Below are positions 1 through 9,394 of a stretch of 64,000 nt of DNA, in pieces. This DNA comes from Omnitrophica WOR_2 bacterium GWF2_43_52. Lineage in GTDB: Bacteria > Omnitrophota > Gorgyraeia > Gygaellales > UBA12090. Positions within the stretch are counted from its first letter, which is position 1. Every line of letters starts with the position of its first letter. The position numbers and the translations under genes were made by a program. The notes beneath the pieces were generated by a model. The model was given only the letters and a program-made list of their open reading frames with translations. It ran no database searches and was not told where the DNA came from. The stretch is taken from the NCBI GenBank assembly GCA_001805445.1, contig MHGF01000022.1, forward strand, positions 10,613-74,612, in the 5' to 3' direction.

Positions 1-183
1 TTTTCTATACAACGAATCCTTTATTTCTTTAGCTTTTCCTAGTAATTCATACTCGTTATTTATGTTTTTAAAAATATCATCTGTGCTTTTTAACTTTACC
101 TCATCAGGAAGAAAATTATTAAAACTCATCAATATGGTCACAATCTTTTCTTTATCTTCTGTAAGCGCCGAAGAGGCGTCGGA

Positions 184-2025
184 TTAATTCATAACGCCTA
201 ATTCCAAAGCGGCTGCTTTAGATAAAGCTTTGAACTTATCAACTAATACTTGTGCCGCATTCTTAAGAACCGTATCTTTAATTGCGTTTACATCTCTCAC
301 TAAACGAGTTATCCCGCTATTCAAGGTGTCTAAATATTTTTCTTCGTCTATTTTAAAATCGGCATAATAAGGATACTTCTTATCTATATCTTTCCACTCC
401 GATTGGTCTTTAAAGCTTGGGTTGCGGTTTAATAAATCAAACTGTGCTCGAACCTGCTTTCTTGCCTCTACCTGTGTTAGCGGCGAAGAGCCAGCAGATG
501 TTTTTTTAAGCATCTCGTAAATTTCCTCAAGCCTTAAAACAATATTTTCTTTATGTTGCAGACCGCGAAAATAAGCAAGTGCTTCCTTTATTCTCCCCAA
601 TAATTCTTTATTTTCTAAACCTGCAAACCCAACAAGATAAGATCTAAGCTTTTCAAAATCTTCCCAAGAAATATTCTTATCATCAAGCATATCTAAAATT
701 GCACGCCTTGCATCATAATCGGCTTGTATACTAAGCATAACTTCCTGTAGTGTAGGTTCTGGCGGGACACGATGTATCAAATCATGGGAAAAAGCCCCAA
801 GCACATAGCTAACAAACCCAATAGCGATTAGATCTAATATTTGCATTGATTTACCTTTGAATAGTGGACTTCCGGCCTTAAAACCGCCTTTAATTAAAGG
901 CTCAGATTTCCCGGTCATATCTGTCCCCCCGCTCATATAGCTTCTGACTGACTGTCCGTAGAGGCCGGGTACTGTTTCTTTGAGATTATACTCGCCTTGC
1001 TCAAAAGACTTCTTGTATTCATTAAAGTAAGTAGTCGTGTTCCATTGTTCTTTTGAAGTAAGATTGGTAAGGTTATGTGAATCAATAAGTTTACTATAGG
1101 GGTTAGCTGGTTTGCCGGTAAGCGGGTTAACCGGCTCACTGGTTGACCCGTTCACTGGTTCACCAAATCTATCCTTAAACCATCGTGAGAGAATAAGCGA
1201 AAAGTAGACCTGCCGTAAAGAGGCATAGCGCTTGGCGGTATTTACCTCTTTGGTGAGTTTCGGTAAAATAAGCTCCCGGATAAGTTGGGTAGAATATTGA
1301 TTAAGCTCTTTTAGCCTTAGATCTTTGAAACTATAATTTATTATCGTCCCTCGTCTTTCGTCCTTCGTCTCTCGTAAATAATCCTCCTCCAGCATCACCT
1401 TCAGGTTCGCCTTATACACATACGCGCTTGCGGAAAGCGAAGCCGAACCGGAATCTTCGCTCTCCCTGATAATTACCTCACCCGGCACAATCCAAGGCCG
1501 GGTTATGGTGGGAATAGTGATATTTTCTGTTCCAAAGAGCTCACCTGCTCTCTTATATAGCTTATCCCAATAGCTCTTTCCTTCGGGTGTTTGAGGTGAG
1601 GTAAAATTGGCGGTATCTTTCTTAAGCTGCAGGTCTGCCTCAAGGAGTATTTTTCCTATATCTGTCCTTTCAAGCTCAGGGTCAATGATCTGGCTTTCGG
1701 CATCCGGCCTCAAGTTTACCCAAAACTTGTCATTGGGCAGAGATATTCCTATAAGAAAATAATTAAGCAGTTCTTTAGCTTTATCCTGCAATTCCTCATC
1801 CTTTATATCCTTGAGGTCACCTTTATCTAAAAGAAGGTTAAAATTATCGGCAAGGCTGTCGTAGGAGAAATAGCGCAGGTGGAGGGGGCGGAATTTATCT
1901 GTACTCATTAACGGCATCTGGGTTAAATACTGCCCAATATTCAACTCTGCTATGCCTTGGGCAAAAACCGGCTGGGTAAATATCATACTTAGGGATAAAA
2001 ACAGGGAAATGATTTTCTTGAACAT
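184..2025 (-). CDS. N-terminal part of a large secreted Omnitrophota-type giant protein; frame stays open past the TAA to the window edge
   Basis: Signal peptide; conserved-looking block FWVNLRPD...LLEADLQLKKD...RPWIVP...Y.SGG, then variable modules separated by (S)SPL motifs; SD GGAGG upstream. Confidence 0.7.
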   Translation of the reverse strand: MFKKIISLFLSLSMIFTQPVFAQGIAELNIGQYLTQMPLMSTDKFRPLHLRYFSYDSLADNFNLLLDKGDLKDIKDEELQDKAKELLNYFLIGISLPNDKFWVNLRPDAESQIIDPELERTDIGKILLEADLQLKKDTANFTSPQTPEGKSYWDKLYKRAGELFGTENITIPTITRPWIVPGEVIIRESEDSGSASLSASAYVYKANLKVMLEEDYLRETKDERRGTIINYSFKDLRLKELNQYSTQLIRELILPKLTKEVNTAKRYASLRQVYFSLILSRWFKDRFGEPVNGSTSEPVNPLTGKPANPYSKLIDSHNLTNLTSKEQWNTTTYFNEYKKSFEQGEYNLKETVPGLYGQSVRSYMSGGTDMTGKSEPLIKGGFKAGSPLFKGKSMQILDLIAIGFVSYVLGAFSHDLIHRVPPEPTLQEVMLSIQADYDARRAILDMLDDKNISWEDFEKLRSYLVGFAGLENKELLGRIKEALAYFRGLQHKENIVLRLEEIYEMLKKTSAGSSPLTQVEARKQVRAQFDLLNRNPSFKDQSEWKDIDKKYPYYADFKIDEEKYLDTLNSGITRLVRDVNAIKDTVLKNAAQVLVDKFKALSKAAALELGVMN

Positions 2026-2090
2026 CTTTTAATCCTCCTAAACTACCAATAACCTACCAAATTCAACCTCGTAGGTTGATTTTGGTTATC

Positions 2091-2179
2091 AAAAACAAAA
2101 AGCCAGACTGACCATTTTCTGAGTCTGTCTGGCTTAAATTTTACTCGCCGCTTGCAGAGCGCCTCCACACTCTACAAGC
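2091..2179 (-). promoter_or_regulatory. 5' leader with hairpin plus intrinsic terminator (attenuator-like) ahead of the giant-protein gene
   Basis: 12-bp stem with UGGAGG loop (2150-2179), then AAGCCAGAC/GTCTGGCTT stem followed by TTTTTGTTTTT. Confidence 0.55.
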
Positions 2180-2214
2180 TTGAACAGTTATATTGTTTTA
2201 TAAAGACTATATTA

Positions 2215-2242
2215 AGTATACAATAAAAAAAGATTTTGTCAA
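2215..2242 (-). promoter_or_regulatory. sigma70-type promoter
   Basis: TTGACA-16-TATACT on the minus strand. Confidence 0.5.
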
Positions 2243-2973
2243 GCTATTTTGGTTAAAAGAAACATGAGAAAAATCCCAAATAAGAAGAAAGCTAAAGATA
2301 GGCCGGATCTTTTGGCATCTGTTTCCTTATGAATCTCGGGGACAAGGTCAGCGCTGGCTATATAGAGAAAACCTCCCGCGGTAAACGCAAGCAGTATATG
2401 AGAAAAACCTTCAATTGTATGAGAAATAAAATAGCCTAAGAGCGCTCCTCCAAAAGCAGTTAAAGCTGAGAGAAAATTATAAAAAAGCGCTTTTGCCTTG
2501 CTGAATCCTCCATACACCAATACCCCGAAATCCCCAAGCTCCTGAGGGATTTCATGGATAATCACAAGCAAGGTGGTAAAAAAACCTACCTGCGTGGAAA
2601 CGGAAAAACTTCCCGCTATGACCAAGCCGTCAATAAAATTATGCAGGCTGTCGCCGGCTATGTTAAGATAGGTAAAGGCGTGCTTATGGCAGACGCCGTC
2701 ATGGCAGTGGCGCCAAAAAAGGTATTTTTCCAGGAAAAAAAATAAAACAAAACCGCCCAATACAAAGATAAAAACAGCCTGCGTGCCGCCTTTTTCTATT
2801 GCCTCAGGGATAAGGTGGAGGAAAGCCCCACCCATCAGCGCGCCCGCGGAAAAGGCAACAAGCAAGAAAAGAATCGCGTTAAGAAACTTTTCCTTCATTG
2901 CCAAGGTCAAGACTCCGATAAGCGAAATAACGCTCACCGCAAATGTGCTTAATAAAATAAGTAAGAGTTGCAT
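2239..2973 (-). CDS. ZIP family metal (zinc) transporter
   Basis: HNFIDG and HEIPQELGD motifs, HCH loop; start moved to MQLLL because the upstream codons are repeat-derived. Confidence 0.9.
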   Translation of the reverse strand: MQLLLILLSTFAVSVISLIGVLTLAMKEKFLNAILFLLVAFSAGALMGGAFLHLIPEAIEKGGTQAVFIFVLGGFVLFFFLEKYLFWRHCHDGVCHKHAFTYLNIAGDSLHNFIDGLVIAGSFSVSTQVGFFTTLLVIIHEIPQELGDFGVLVYGGFSKAKALFYNFLSALTAFGGALLGYFISHTIEGFSHILLAFTAGGFLYIASADLVPEIHKETDAKRSGLSLAFFLFGIFLMFLLTKIA

Positions 2974-2980
2974 ACTTTTA

Positions 2981-3072
2981 ACACGAATTAACACGAATTA
3001 CACACAAATGTACACGAATATAATTAAATAATTCGTGCCTGTTCGTGTTTGATTTGTGTGAATTCGTGTAAA
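2981..3072. repeat. Foldback array of ~10-bp CACGAAT units
   Basis: 4 direct units then 4 inverted ATTCGTG units. Confidence 0.85.
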
Positions 3073-3077
3073 TTTTA

Positions 3078-3158
3078 TTACCCTAGATTCGGTTTTCTGC
3101 CTTTATTAGCCTTCTTTGAACGCCAATTAAGTTTACCCCTTCTTTTACGCTTACTCAT
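3078..3158 (-). CDS. 26-aa basic peptide, ribosomal protein bL37-like (below the ORF-track cutoff)
   Basis: MSKRKRRGKLNWRSKKANKGRKPNLG, SD AAAGGAG, own promoter; KANxGxxPN resembles bL37 as recalled. Confidence 0.7.
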   Translation of the reverse strand: MSKRKRRGKLNWRSKKANKGRKPNLG

Positions 3159-3212
3159 TGTGAGGACCGCTCCTTTCATGCAATAATTAATTTCTGGTAT
3201 AATTCTTGCCGT

Positions 3213-3276
3213 ATTATAGCTTAGGCTTGCGAGAAAATCAACAACTATTGACAATAAGGAATCTTATGATTATAAT
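3213..3276. promoter_or_regulatory. Divergent sigma70 promoters
   Basis: Minus: TTGATT-17-TATAAT (3241-3213). Plus: TTGACA-17-TATAAT (3248-3276). Confidence 0.75.
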
Positions 3277-3333
3277 ATAATTAGAAATTTAAAGGTATAC
3301 TAGAGTTTTATACTAAGAAAGGAGCGATATTCG

Positions 3334-3639
3334 ATGAAAAAGGCTGTAGTTCTAACCATAATGATGCTTATGCCTCTTGCCATTATTAGTTGCACCACTA
3401 CTCAAAAAGGAGCGGCAGTAGGCGGATTAGGCGGGGCTGCCTTAGGTGGAATAATTGGCCATCAATCAGGACATGGCGGTGAAGGCGCGGCAATTGGAGC
3501 AGCGGTTGGCGCGATCTCAGGGGCGTTAGTCGGCGAGCAGATGGATAAAAAATTCTGCCCCGTATGCGGCGCTGAATACACCTCAGGGGTTACATACTGC
3601 TCAAAAGACGGCACAGAGCTAAAGTTAAAGCAAAAATAA
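3334..3639 (+). CDS. Glycine-zipper lipoprotein with C-terminal Zn-ribbon
   Basis: Lipobox IISC, GAAVGGLGGAALGG, CPVC...CSKD. Confidence 0.8.
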   Translation: MKKAVVLTIMMLMPLAIISCTTTQKGAAVGGLGGAALGGIIGHQSGHGGEGAAIGAAVGAISGALVGEQMDKKFCPVCGAEYTSGVTYCSKDGTELKLKQK

Positions 3640-3656
3640 TTCTTTAAAGAAACTTC

Positions 3657-4319
3657 TTAAAGAAGTTTCTTTAAAGAAGCCAGGTTTTTTATTATTTTAA
3701 AAGGCCTGGCTTTTTTTATTTCCGAAACCGTGCTTGAGCCGGTTGTTACCGCGATTGCCTTTACCTTTGCATTGCGCGCGGTTTGAATATCAACGGTCAT
3801 ATCGCCGACAAAAAGCGTTTCTGAGTTTTTTGCTTTTAGCCTTTTCATAATGGTAATGATAATTTCCGGATCAGGTTTTCCCCGCGGGAGCTTGTCCGCG
3901 CATAAAATATAATCAAAAAACTCCTTGATTTTTAACTGCTTGACAATGATATTGGTAAATGCCGCAGGACGGTTAGAGGCAATAGCGATCTTAAAGCCAT
4001 GGCGTTTTAAATAGTGTAATAACCGCTTCGCGAAAGGAAGGAGCTTGGAATATTTTTTCAAGGAATCCCGATGGTGGCTGCGGTAAATCCTCAAGGCTTT
4101 CGTTATATCCTTTTCTTTGATAAACGCTGATACAAGCCTTGTATCTCCCCAGCCTACCGCCCTGCATATACGCCAAGGCTCTGCCTGAGGATACCCTAAC
4201 GTTTGAAGCGTAAAATTCATGCTTCTGACAATTGCTTCATAGGCATTAACCAAAGTGCCGTCAAGGTCAAAAATAACCACTCGTACACCGCGGGAATCCC
4301 GAACATTGCTGTTTTTCAT
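3657..4319 (-). CDS. HAD hydrolase (phosphoglycolate phosphatase-like)
   Basis: DLDGTL, KPDP, VGD motifs. Confidence 0.9.
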   Translation of the reverse strand: MKNSNVRDSRGVRVVIFDLDGTLVNAYEAIVRSMNFTLQTLGYPQAEPWRICRAVGWGDTRLVSAFIKEKDITKALRIYRSHHRDSLKKYSKLLPFAKRLLHYLKRHGFKIAIASNRPAAFTNIIVKQLKIKEFFDYILCADKLPRGKPDPEIIITIMKRLKAKNSETLFVGDMTVDIQTARNAKVKAIAVTTGSSTVSEIKKARPFKIIKNLASLKKLL

Positions 4320-4336
4320 AGAGTCATACTACCAAT

Positions 4337-4385
4337 AAAAAACCCTTGGCATCTAAGAAGTTTTGCTTCATAGAATGCCAAGGGT
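4337..4385 (-). terminator. Intrinsic terminator
   Basis: ACCCTTGGCAT/ATGCCAAGGGT stem plus T-run after the 145-aa gene. Confidence 0.7.
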
Positions 4386-4389
4386 AAAA

Positions 4390-4827
4390 CTATTGCGCTT
4401 TTTCTTCCGGGATTATCCCCATGAGCGGATCATCACTCATACCGGGAGTTTCAGGCATTGCTTCTATATTCTCGATAGAAATATTTCTTGCGATGTTCTG
4501 GCCATTGTTGAGCGCGTAATCAATACTCGCGGTATCGCCTATCTTAATTCCGCTTATATCCTTTACGCCTTCAAATTTTGTCTCCGCGTCTGTTATCAGG
4601 AGAAGCTCTTTTTCTTCATCAGTTTGATAGTCCATATAAATAACGGTTAACTTTGCTGCCTGCGAATCTATCTCCTTTACCTCACCCCAAACCCAGGAAA
4701 TTTCATCCGTTGCGGGCATACTCTCCGTTACCGCCTCTTCTACCGCTCTCGGCTCATGCTGGCAGAATCCTGCTCCCGCTAAAGAAAGTAACCCGATTAT
4801 CGTTAATGCGTACACCTTGGTTTTCAT
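4390..4827 (-). CDS. Exported hypothetical protein (small beta-barrel-like)
   Basis: Signal peptide, SD GGAGG, IKIGD motif. Confidence 0.7.
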   Translation of the reverse strand: MKTKVYALTIIGLLSLAGAGFCQHEPRAVEEAVTESMPATDEISWVWGEVKEIDSQAAKLTVIYMDYQTDEEKELLLITDAETKFEGVKDISGIKIGDTASIDYALNNGQNIARNISIENIEAMPETPGMSDDPLMGIIPEEKAQ

Positions 4828-4908
4828 ATTTATCCAGCCTCCTCTCTTTCTATAGAAGTACTATAAACAAATCTTATCTTATTGTCAAGGACAATCAGGA
4901 ATTCCCCT

Positions 4909-5511
4909 TTAGCCGGCATCCGGTTTGAGGATGCCCCCGGATATGATAAGCTTCATCCCATCTTCAATAGACATATCCATGAATTTTACATCCCGCTTAG
5001 CCACAAATACTAAAAACCCGCTCCATGGCCCCGGAGTTGTGCCTATAAGCACGTGAATAAGTTCTTCTCCTATTTTATCCTGTGCCTCTTTAAAACCCGT
5101 ATTGGTCATAAAACCAAGCGACCAAATACCTTTTGAAGGATATTCTATCAAAACGACTTTCTTAAAAGCCGCCTGATCCTTGGAAAAGAGAAAGCCGACA
5201 ATCTGTTTTGCCGAAGGATAAATCTGGCGTATTCCCGGAAGTTTGAGAAACCAGCCCTCAAAGGCATGCAAAACTTTTTTACCTAAGAAATGAGAAGCGA
5301 AAAATCCTGCTACCAAAACCAGGGTAATCCCTAAGACAATGCCTATCCCGGGGATAAAAAAACCGAACGTTTGTTCAAGATAGTTGTTGATAAACCCGCC
5401 GAAAATACCATCAATAAACTTAAAGATAAACGTGATAAGGTATACGGTAATAAAAAGGGGTAGAATCAACAGTAAGCCCGCGACAAAATAACGGCGTAAT
5501 TTTATCATCAT
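4909..5511 (-). CDS. DUF502 family membrane protein
   Basis: YFVAGLLLILP, VLIEYP, TTPGPWSGF, MSIEDGMKLIISGG. Confidence 0.85.
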   Translation of the reverse strand: MMIKLRRYFVAGLLLILPLFITVYLITFIFKFIDGIFGGFINNYLEQTFGFFIPGIGIVLGITLVLVAGFFASHFLGKKVLHAFEGWFLKLPGIRQIYPSAKQIVGFLFSKDQAAFKKVVLIEYPSKGIWSLGFMTNTGFKEAQDKIGEELIHVLIGTTPGPWSGFLVFVAKRDVKFMDMSIEDGMKLIISGGILKPDAG

Positions 5512-5587
5512 CTTTGTCTCCTCAGAATATATCGGTAACGGCACCCAAAAACTTGCCTGAGAAATCAGGAATGGTTACTTATAGATA

Positions 5588-5724
5588 AAAACTATGCCCT
5601 TCTCCTTTACCGGAATATATGAGAAAAGCATAGGGGCATACCTTTAAGGCCCACAAGAAATTAAAAAAATACCCTGCCCTTATCTTCTGTAAGCATTACT
5701 CTCACAAATAATAAAGGCAGGGTA
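5588..5724 (-). terminator. Two tandem long terminator hairpins
   Basis: TACCCTGCCTTTATT/GATAAGGGCAGGGTA+T6 and CTATGCTTTTCTC/GAGAAGGGCATAG+T5. Confidence 0.6.
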
Positions 5725-5748
5725 AACAGCACGGTTAAAAACCCCTTG

Positions 5749-5967
5749 CTATTCTTTAGCTATAGCTAAAGCAATGACACCTGCTAAAATAAGGAATGGG
5801 CCTGCGCATCCTTTAATTAAGGTCCAGATTTCCCATCTCCATCTCACAACCAAATATGCCCCTAAAACCAAAAGAACAAGGCCTAATACGACTTTCAGGA
5901 CTGTTTTGAATATTTTGTCCGTATCTGTCTTTTCTGCTTCTTTTGTTTCCTTCACCTCTTCTGCCAT
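5749..5967 (-). CDS. Small two-TM membrane protein
   Basis: SD AGGAGG, two hydrophobic segments. Confidence 0.7.
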   Translation of the reverse strand: MAEEVKETKEAEKTDTDKIFKTVLKVVLGLVLLVLGAYLVVRWRWEIWTLIKGCAGPFLILAGVIALAIAKE

Positions 5968-6038
5968 TTTTCCACCTCCTTAATTTCGTTGTTTCGCGGT
6001 TACGTTGAATTATAATAAGAAAACAACTGCTCCCCCAC

Positions 6039-6215
6039 CCTTCAGCTATAGTAGTTATCACTGAAAAAGCGTCTTTTAAACACGAATTCCCACGAATTAC
6101 ACACTAATCATCACGAATACAGCGACGAAGTAATTCGTGTGTATTTGTGTGTAATTTGTGCCTATTCGTGTAAAATAAAGGTTTTTCAGCGGTAACTATA
6201 GTATATAGCTGAAGG
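6039..6215. repeat. Nested three-layer foldback element
   Basis: CCTTCAGCTATA/TATAGCTGAAGG outside, TAGTTATCACTGAAAAA/TTTTTCAGCGGTAACTA middle, CACGAAT array inside. Confidence 0.8.
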
Positions 6216-6229
6216 CAACACAGGGACTT

Positions 6230-7141
6230 TTAATGTGGCCTGCTTTTCCATCTTCGGTGTATCCATCCCCATTCCTGAGGATACTTTTGTATGTATGACT
6301 CAATGATTGATGTAATCCTTTGTATGATAGCGTGTATTGTTTCATCATTGGTATCTTTTTTCTCAATACTTACTTCCGGTTCTATCATTAGTGTATGTGT
6401 ATCAGACGGCTGGCGTACAATAAACATAGGAAGTATCGGAGCCTGAGTTCTTAACGCGAGGATAGCCGGCCCTGTCGCGGTTGCTGCCTGCCTACCAAAG
6501 AAATCCACGAATACCCCGGCTGTACCGAAATTTTGGTCTAATTGGATAAAAAGCACCTCATTATTGCGTAGCGCCCTCAAAGAATTATCCACACACGCTT
6601 GGCGGGGCGTGCTATGAATAGAATGTATTCCCATCATAGCCCTGCGCTTCTCCAGAAAATCTTCCACCTTATCGTCTCGCATCTTGCGCAAAATCACGCT
6701 TACCTTATAGCCTTCCTGTCTTAATTTGGTAAGCGCTAAAGGGAAATTTCCGAAATGCGCGCTTACGGCAATGGCACCATTCCCCTTTAACAGGGCTTGA
6801 TCAAGATAGCATTTCCCTTCAATGGCCACCATTCCCTTTGCTCTTTGCGGGGCTTCAAGAATCGAAAGTAATTCAACACCGCTTTTTGCCATATTCTGGA
6901 AGCAATTTCGCGCGATGGTTACCTTTGCTTGCTTTGTTAAACGATTCTCAAAAGCAACCTCCAAACTCTCTAAAGCGATGTGCCGCTGTTTTACTGCTAT
7001 CCCATAAGCCATTGTGGCTATTGTCTGGGCAAAACCATAAAGCCATTTCCTGGGTAAACACCCAACTATCAAAGAACAAAGATATAATGATTCCCTGGCA
7101 AGCAAACGATTAAAACGCTTCCCAGCATCCTTTAAAGCCAT
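6230..7141 (-). CDS. Lipid A late acyltransferase (LpxL/LPLAT family)
   Basis: SAHFGN, DQ, FVDFFG, PQEWGWIHRRWK. Confidence 0.9.
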   Translation of the reverse strand: MALKDAGKRFNRLLARESLYLCSLIVGCLPRKWLYGFAQTIATMAYGIAVKQRHIALESLEVAFENRLTKQAKVTIARNCFQNMAKSGVELLSILEAPQRAKGMVAIEGKCYLDQALLKGNGAIAVSAHFGNFPLALTKLRQEGYKVSVILRKMRDDKVEDFLEKRRAMMGIHSIHSTPRQACVDNSLRALRNNEVLFIQLDQNFGTAGVFVDFFGRQAATATGPAILALRTQAPILPMFIVRQPSDTHTLMIEPEVSIEKKDTNDETIHAIIQRITSIIESYIQKYPQEWGWIHRRWKSRPH

Positions 7142-7189
7142 ATAAGCTCCTACTAGTATAACAAATTTGTTCTTCTAAGCAAGTATTTT

Positions 7190-7675
7190 TTATCGCTTGT
7201 AGCCAAGTTTGCGCAGCAACCCCTTACGCCAGCGCACATCTTCTTCTTTTTCCAGCCCTTTCGGCCCTGCGCCGTCAATAACACCCATAATCCCCCTGCC
7301 TAAGGCTGTCTGGGCTACAATCACCTCAAGAGGATTCGCGGTCGCGCAATAAACAGTACAGACCTCCGCAATCATCTTTACACCATTAAGGATATTGATA
7401 GGATACCCCTGGCGTACTACTACTACAAAACAATGGCCGCAGGCAAGTTCCAAACAATTCTGCTCGGCCAAGGCTTTAAGTTCATCATCATTGCCATCGC
7501 TGCGCACAAGGCAAGCGCCTGAAGCCTCGGAAAATGCCACGCCAAACTTGATTGCCGGGCTTGATTGCGCGATCGTTTCATACATATCTTCAACTGTCTT
7601 AATAAAATGAGCCTGGCCAATAATAATATTGGCGTCATCGGGCTTCTTCATAGAAATTACTTTGAGCTCTACCAT
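7190..7675 (-). CDS. Adenosine-specific kinase / DUF355 family
   Basis: IIGQAHFIKTVED, FSEASG, CATANP, GVIDG, LGYKR. Confidence 0.85.
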   Translation of the reverse strand: MVELKVISMKKPDDANIIIGQAHFIKTVEDMYETIAQSSPAIKFGVAFSEASGACLVRSDGNDDELKALAEQNCLELACGHCFVVVVRQGYPINILNGVKMIAEVCTVYCATANPLEVIVAQTALGRGIMGVIDGAGPKGLEKEEDVRWRKGLLRKLGYKR

Positions 7676-8559
7676 TGTCCCTTACCTCTTTTCTTGCCAT
7701 CATTGCTCCCCGGTTCTACATGTACCACGACGTCAGAAACCCCGTTTATCGCCGTTTTTATTTTCTCCTCAATCCTATCACATAACTTGTCTGCCTGCGT
7801 AACAGTCATATCCTTATGCACCAGGACGTGTAAATCTATATGGATATCGTCAGTTCTTCCCCGCGTCCTGATATCGTGGCATTCAAGCACCCCGTCGATA
7901 GCAGTGACGAGCGCCTCAATACTTTTTATCTCTACCATCGCGGTATCACATAAGACTTTTGAGCTGGAAAATACGATACTCCATGCCGCGTAAGCAATGA
8001 ATAATGCCACAATCAATGAACATACAGGGTCTAACAGAGGGTAGCCGATTTTTACCCCAATGAGCGCGCCTATCACTGTCAAGGAAGTCAAGATATCCGA
8101 ACGAGTATGAAGAGAATCTGCTACCAGAAAATCACTTTTTAATCTTTTGCCCATCCGGGATTCATATATCATGACACCGATATTGATGCCCATGGTAACA
8201 ATCATCACCGCAAAGCTCCAGAACGTAACCTCGGGCACGATGGGATGACGGAAACGTTCTAGCGTATCATGAATAATATAAAAAGCAATAATACTTAAGA
8301 TGAAGGCAATCACTATCGCGGCGAAAGTCTCATATTTCTTATGGCCGTAGGGATGATCCTCATCCTTAGGGCGCAGGCTGATGCTGACGCCGATAAGCCC
8401 AATGATATTTGAGGCCCCGTCAGAGAAAGAATGATACCCGTCACTTACCATCCCTGCACTTTTGGCGGTATAGCCGAAAACAACTTTTACAAGGGCAACA
8501 AACCAATTAAGCGCGAGCACCGCGATAAGGATATGTTTCACCTGCCTGCACTGTGCCAT
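7669..8559 (-). CDS. Cation diffusion facilitator (FieF-like)
   Basis: HSFSD, HPYGHKKYE, HTRSD, VHVEP. Confidence 0.92.
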   Translation of the reverse strand: MAQCRQVKHILIAVLALNWFVALVKVVFGYTAKSAGMVSDGYHSFSDGASNIIGLIGVSISLRPKDEDHPYGHKKYETFAAIVIAFILSIIAFYIIHDTLERFRHPIVPEVTFWSFAVMIVTMGINIGVMIYESRMGKRLKSDFLVADSLHTRSDILTSLTVIGALIGVKIGYPLLDPVCSLIVALFIAYAAWSIVFSSSKVLCDTAMVEIKSIEALVTAIDGVLECHDIRTRGRTDDIHIDLHVLVHKDMTVTQADKLCDRIEEKIKTAINGVSDVVVHVEPGSNDGKKRGKGQW

Positions 8560-8560
8560 A

Positions 8561-9070
8561 TTATTCTAGGAAATCCATGGGATCAAGCAATTCCCCCTTG
8601 TTCCAGATTTCAAAATGTACATGCGGAATAACTCCATAGTGATTGGCGTTACCGGTTTTCCCAACTTCACCGACTATCTGGCCTTGGCGCAAAAGCTGGT
8701 TTTTCTTTACGCTTATTTTAGAAAGATGCCCGTACACCGTTACATACCCTTGGCCATGAAGTAAGCTGACATAATTACCCATCCCGCGGCTAAAACGGGC
8801 CTCTTGTACCTTCGCCTTCCTTACCGCGTAGACCGGAACACCCAGAGGAGCCTGCAAATCTATGCCGTTATGCTTACGGCTGCCGTTGCCGCGGCGTGCC
8901 TGAAAATCTCCCTCTCCCCAGCTATCATGACGAATGATAATCCTATCCTGCGTATAGTTAATAGGGCAACGAAAAAAAACCTTATCCAAATAATAAAGCT
9001 CGCCTGCCACATACAGGGGAAAAATGATTAAAAATATAAGTAAAATAAGATTGAGTATCCGTTGACGCAT
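8561..9070 (-). CDS. M23 family metallopeptidase
   Basis: HNGID, YGHL, PHVHFE; start placed at MRQRIL. Confidence 0.9.
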   Translation of the reverse strand: MRQRILNLILLIFLIIFPLYVAGELYYLDKVFFRCPINYTQDRIIIRHDSWGEGDFQARRGNGSRKHNGIDLQAPLGVPVYAVRKAKVQEARFSRGMGNYVSLLHGQGYVTVYGHLSKISVKKNQLLRQGQIVGEVGKTGNANHYGVIPHVHFEIWNKGELLDPMDFLE

Positions 9071-9091
9071 TTCGCTGAAAAACAAAAAAGC

Positions 9092-9237
9092 GATGGAGCC
9101 CACCCGGGCTAAAGCCCGGGATCCTTTTCTTCTTGCCCCTTCGGGGCGGAATCCCGACCGACTCTTGTCTGTCCCGGCCGAAACGTCGGGACTCCATCCG
9201 CGCCCCTGAAGGCCGCGGTTTTGAAGCGTCGGGATAA
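9092..9237. mobile_element. GC-rich multi-hairpin element, IS200/IS605-end-like MITE
   Basis: CCCGGGCTAAAGCCCGGG, GCCCCTTCGGGGC, TCCCGAC/GTCGGGA, GATGGAG/CTCCATC. Confidence 0.5.
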
Positions 9238-9394
9238 ATTAACCGATAGTTCACATTGGAATTGGTAGAAATTAATAGATATTTATGGAAATTGATTGCC
9301 TTTCTGTAACCTCTTTATATATAGCCGAACAATTAATTTCTATGAATCTCCACAAATTTCTATTAATTTCAACAAAGTTCCAGTTTCTTTTCAC

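Noticed and set aside
184-186. Alternative genetic code or Sec/Pyl recoding
   Set aside because: The codon is TAA, which ends many normal genes here.
3179-3200. Zur/Fur box upstream of the ZIP unit
   Set aside because: AT-rich with only weak dyad symmetry.
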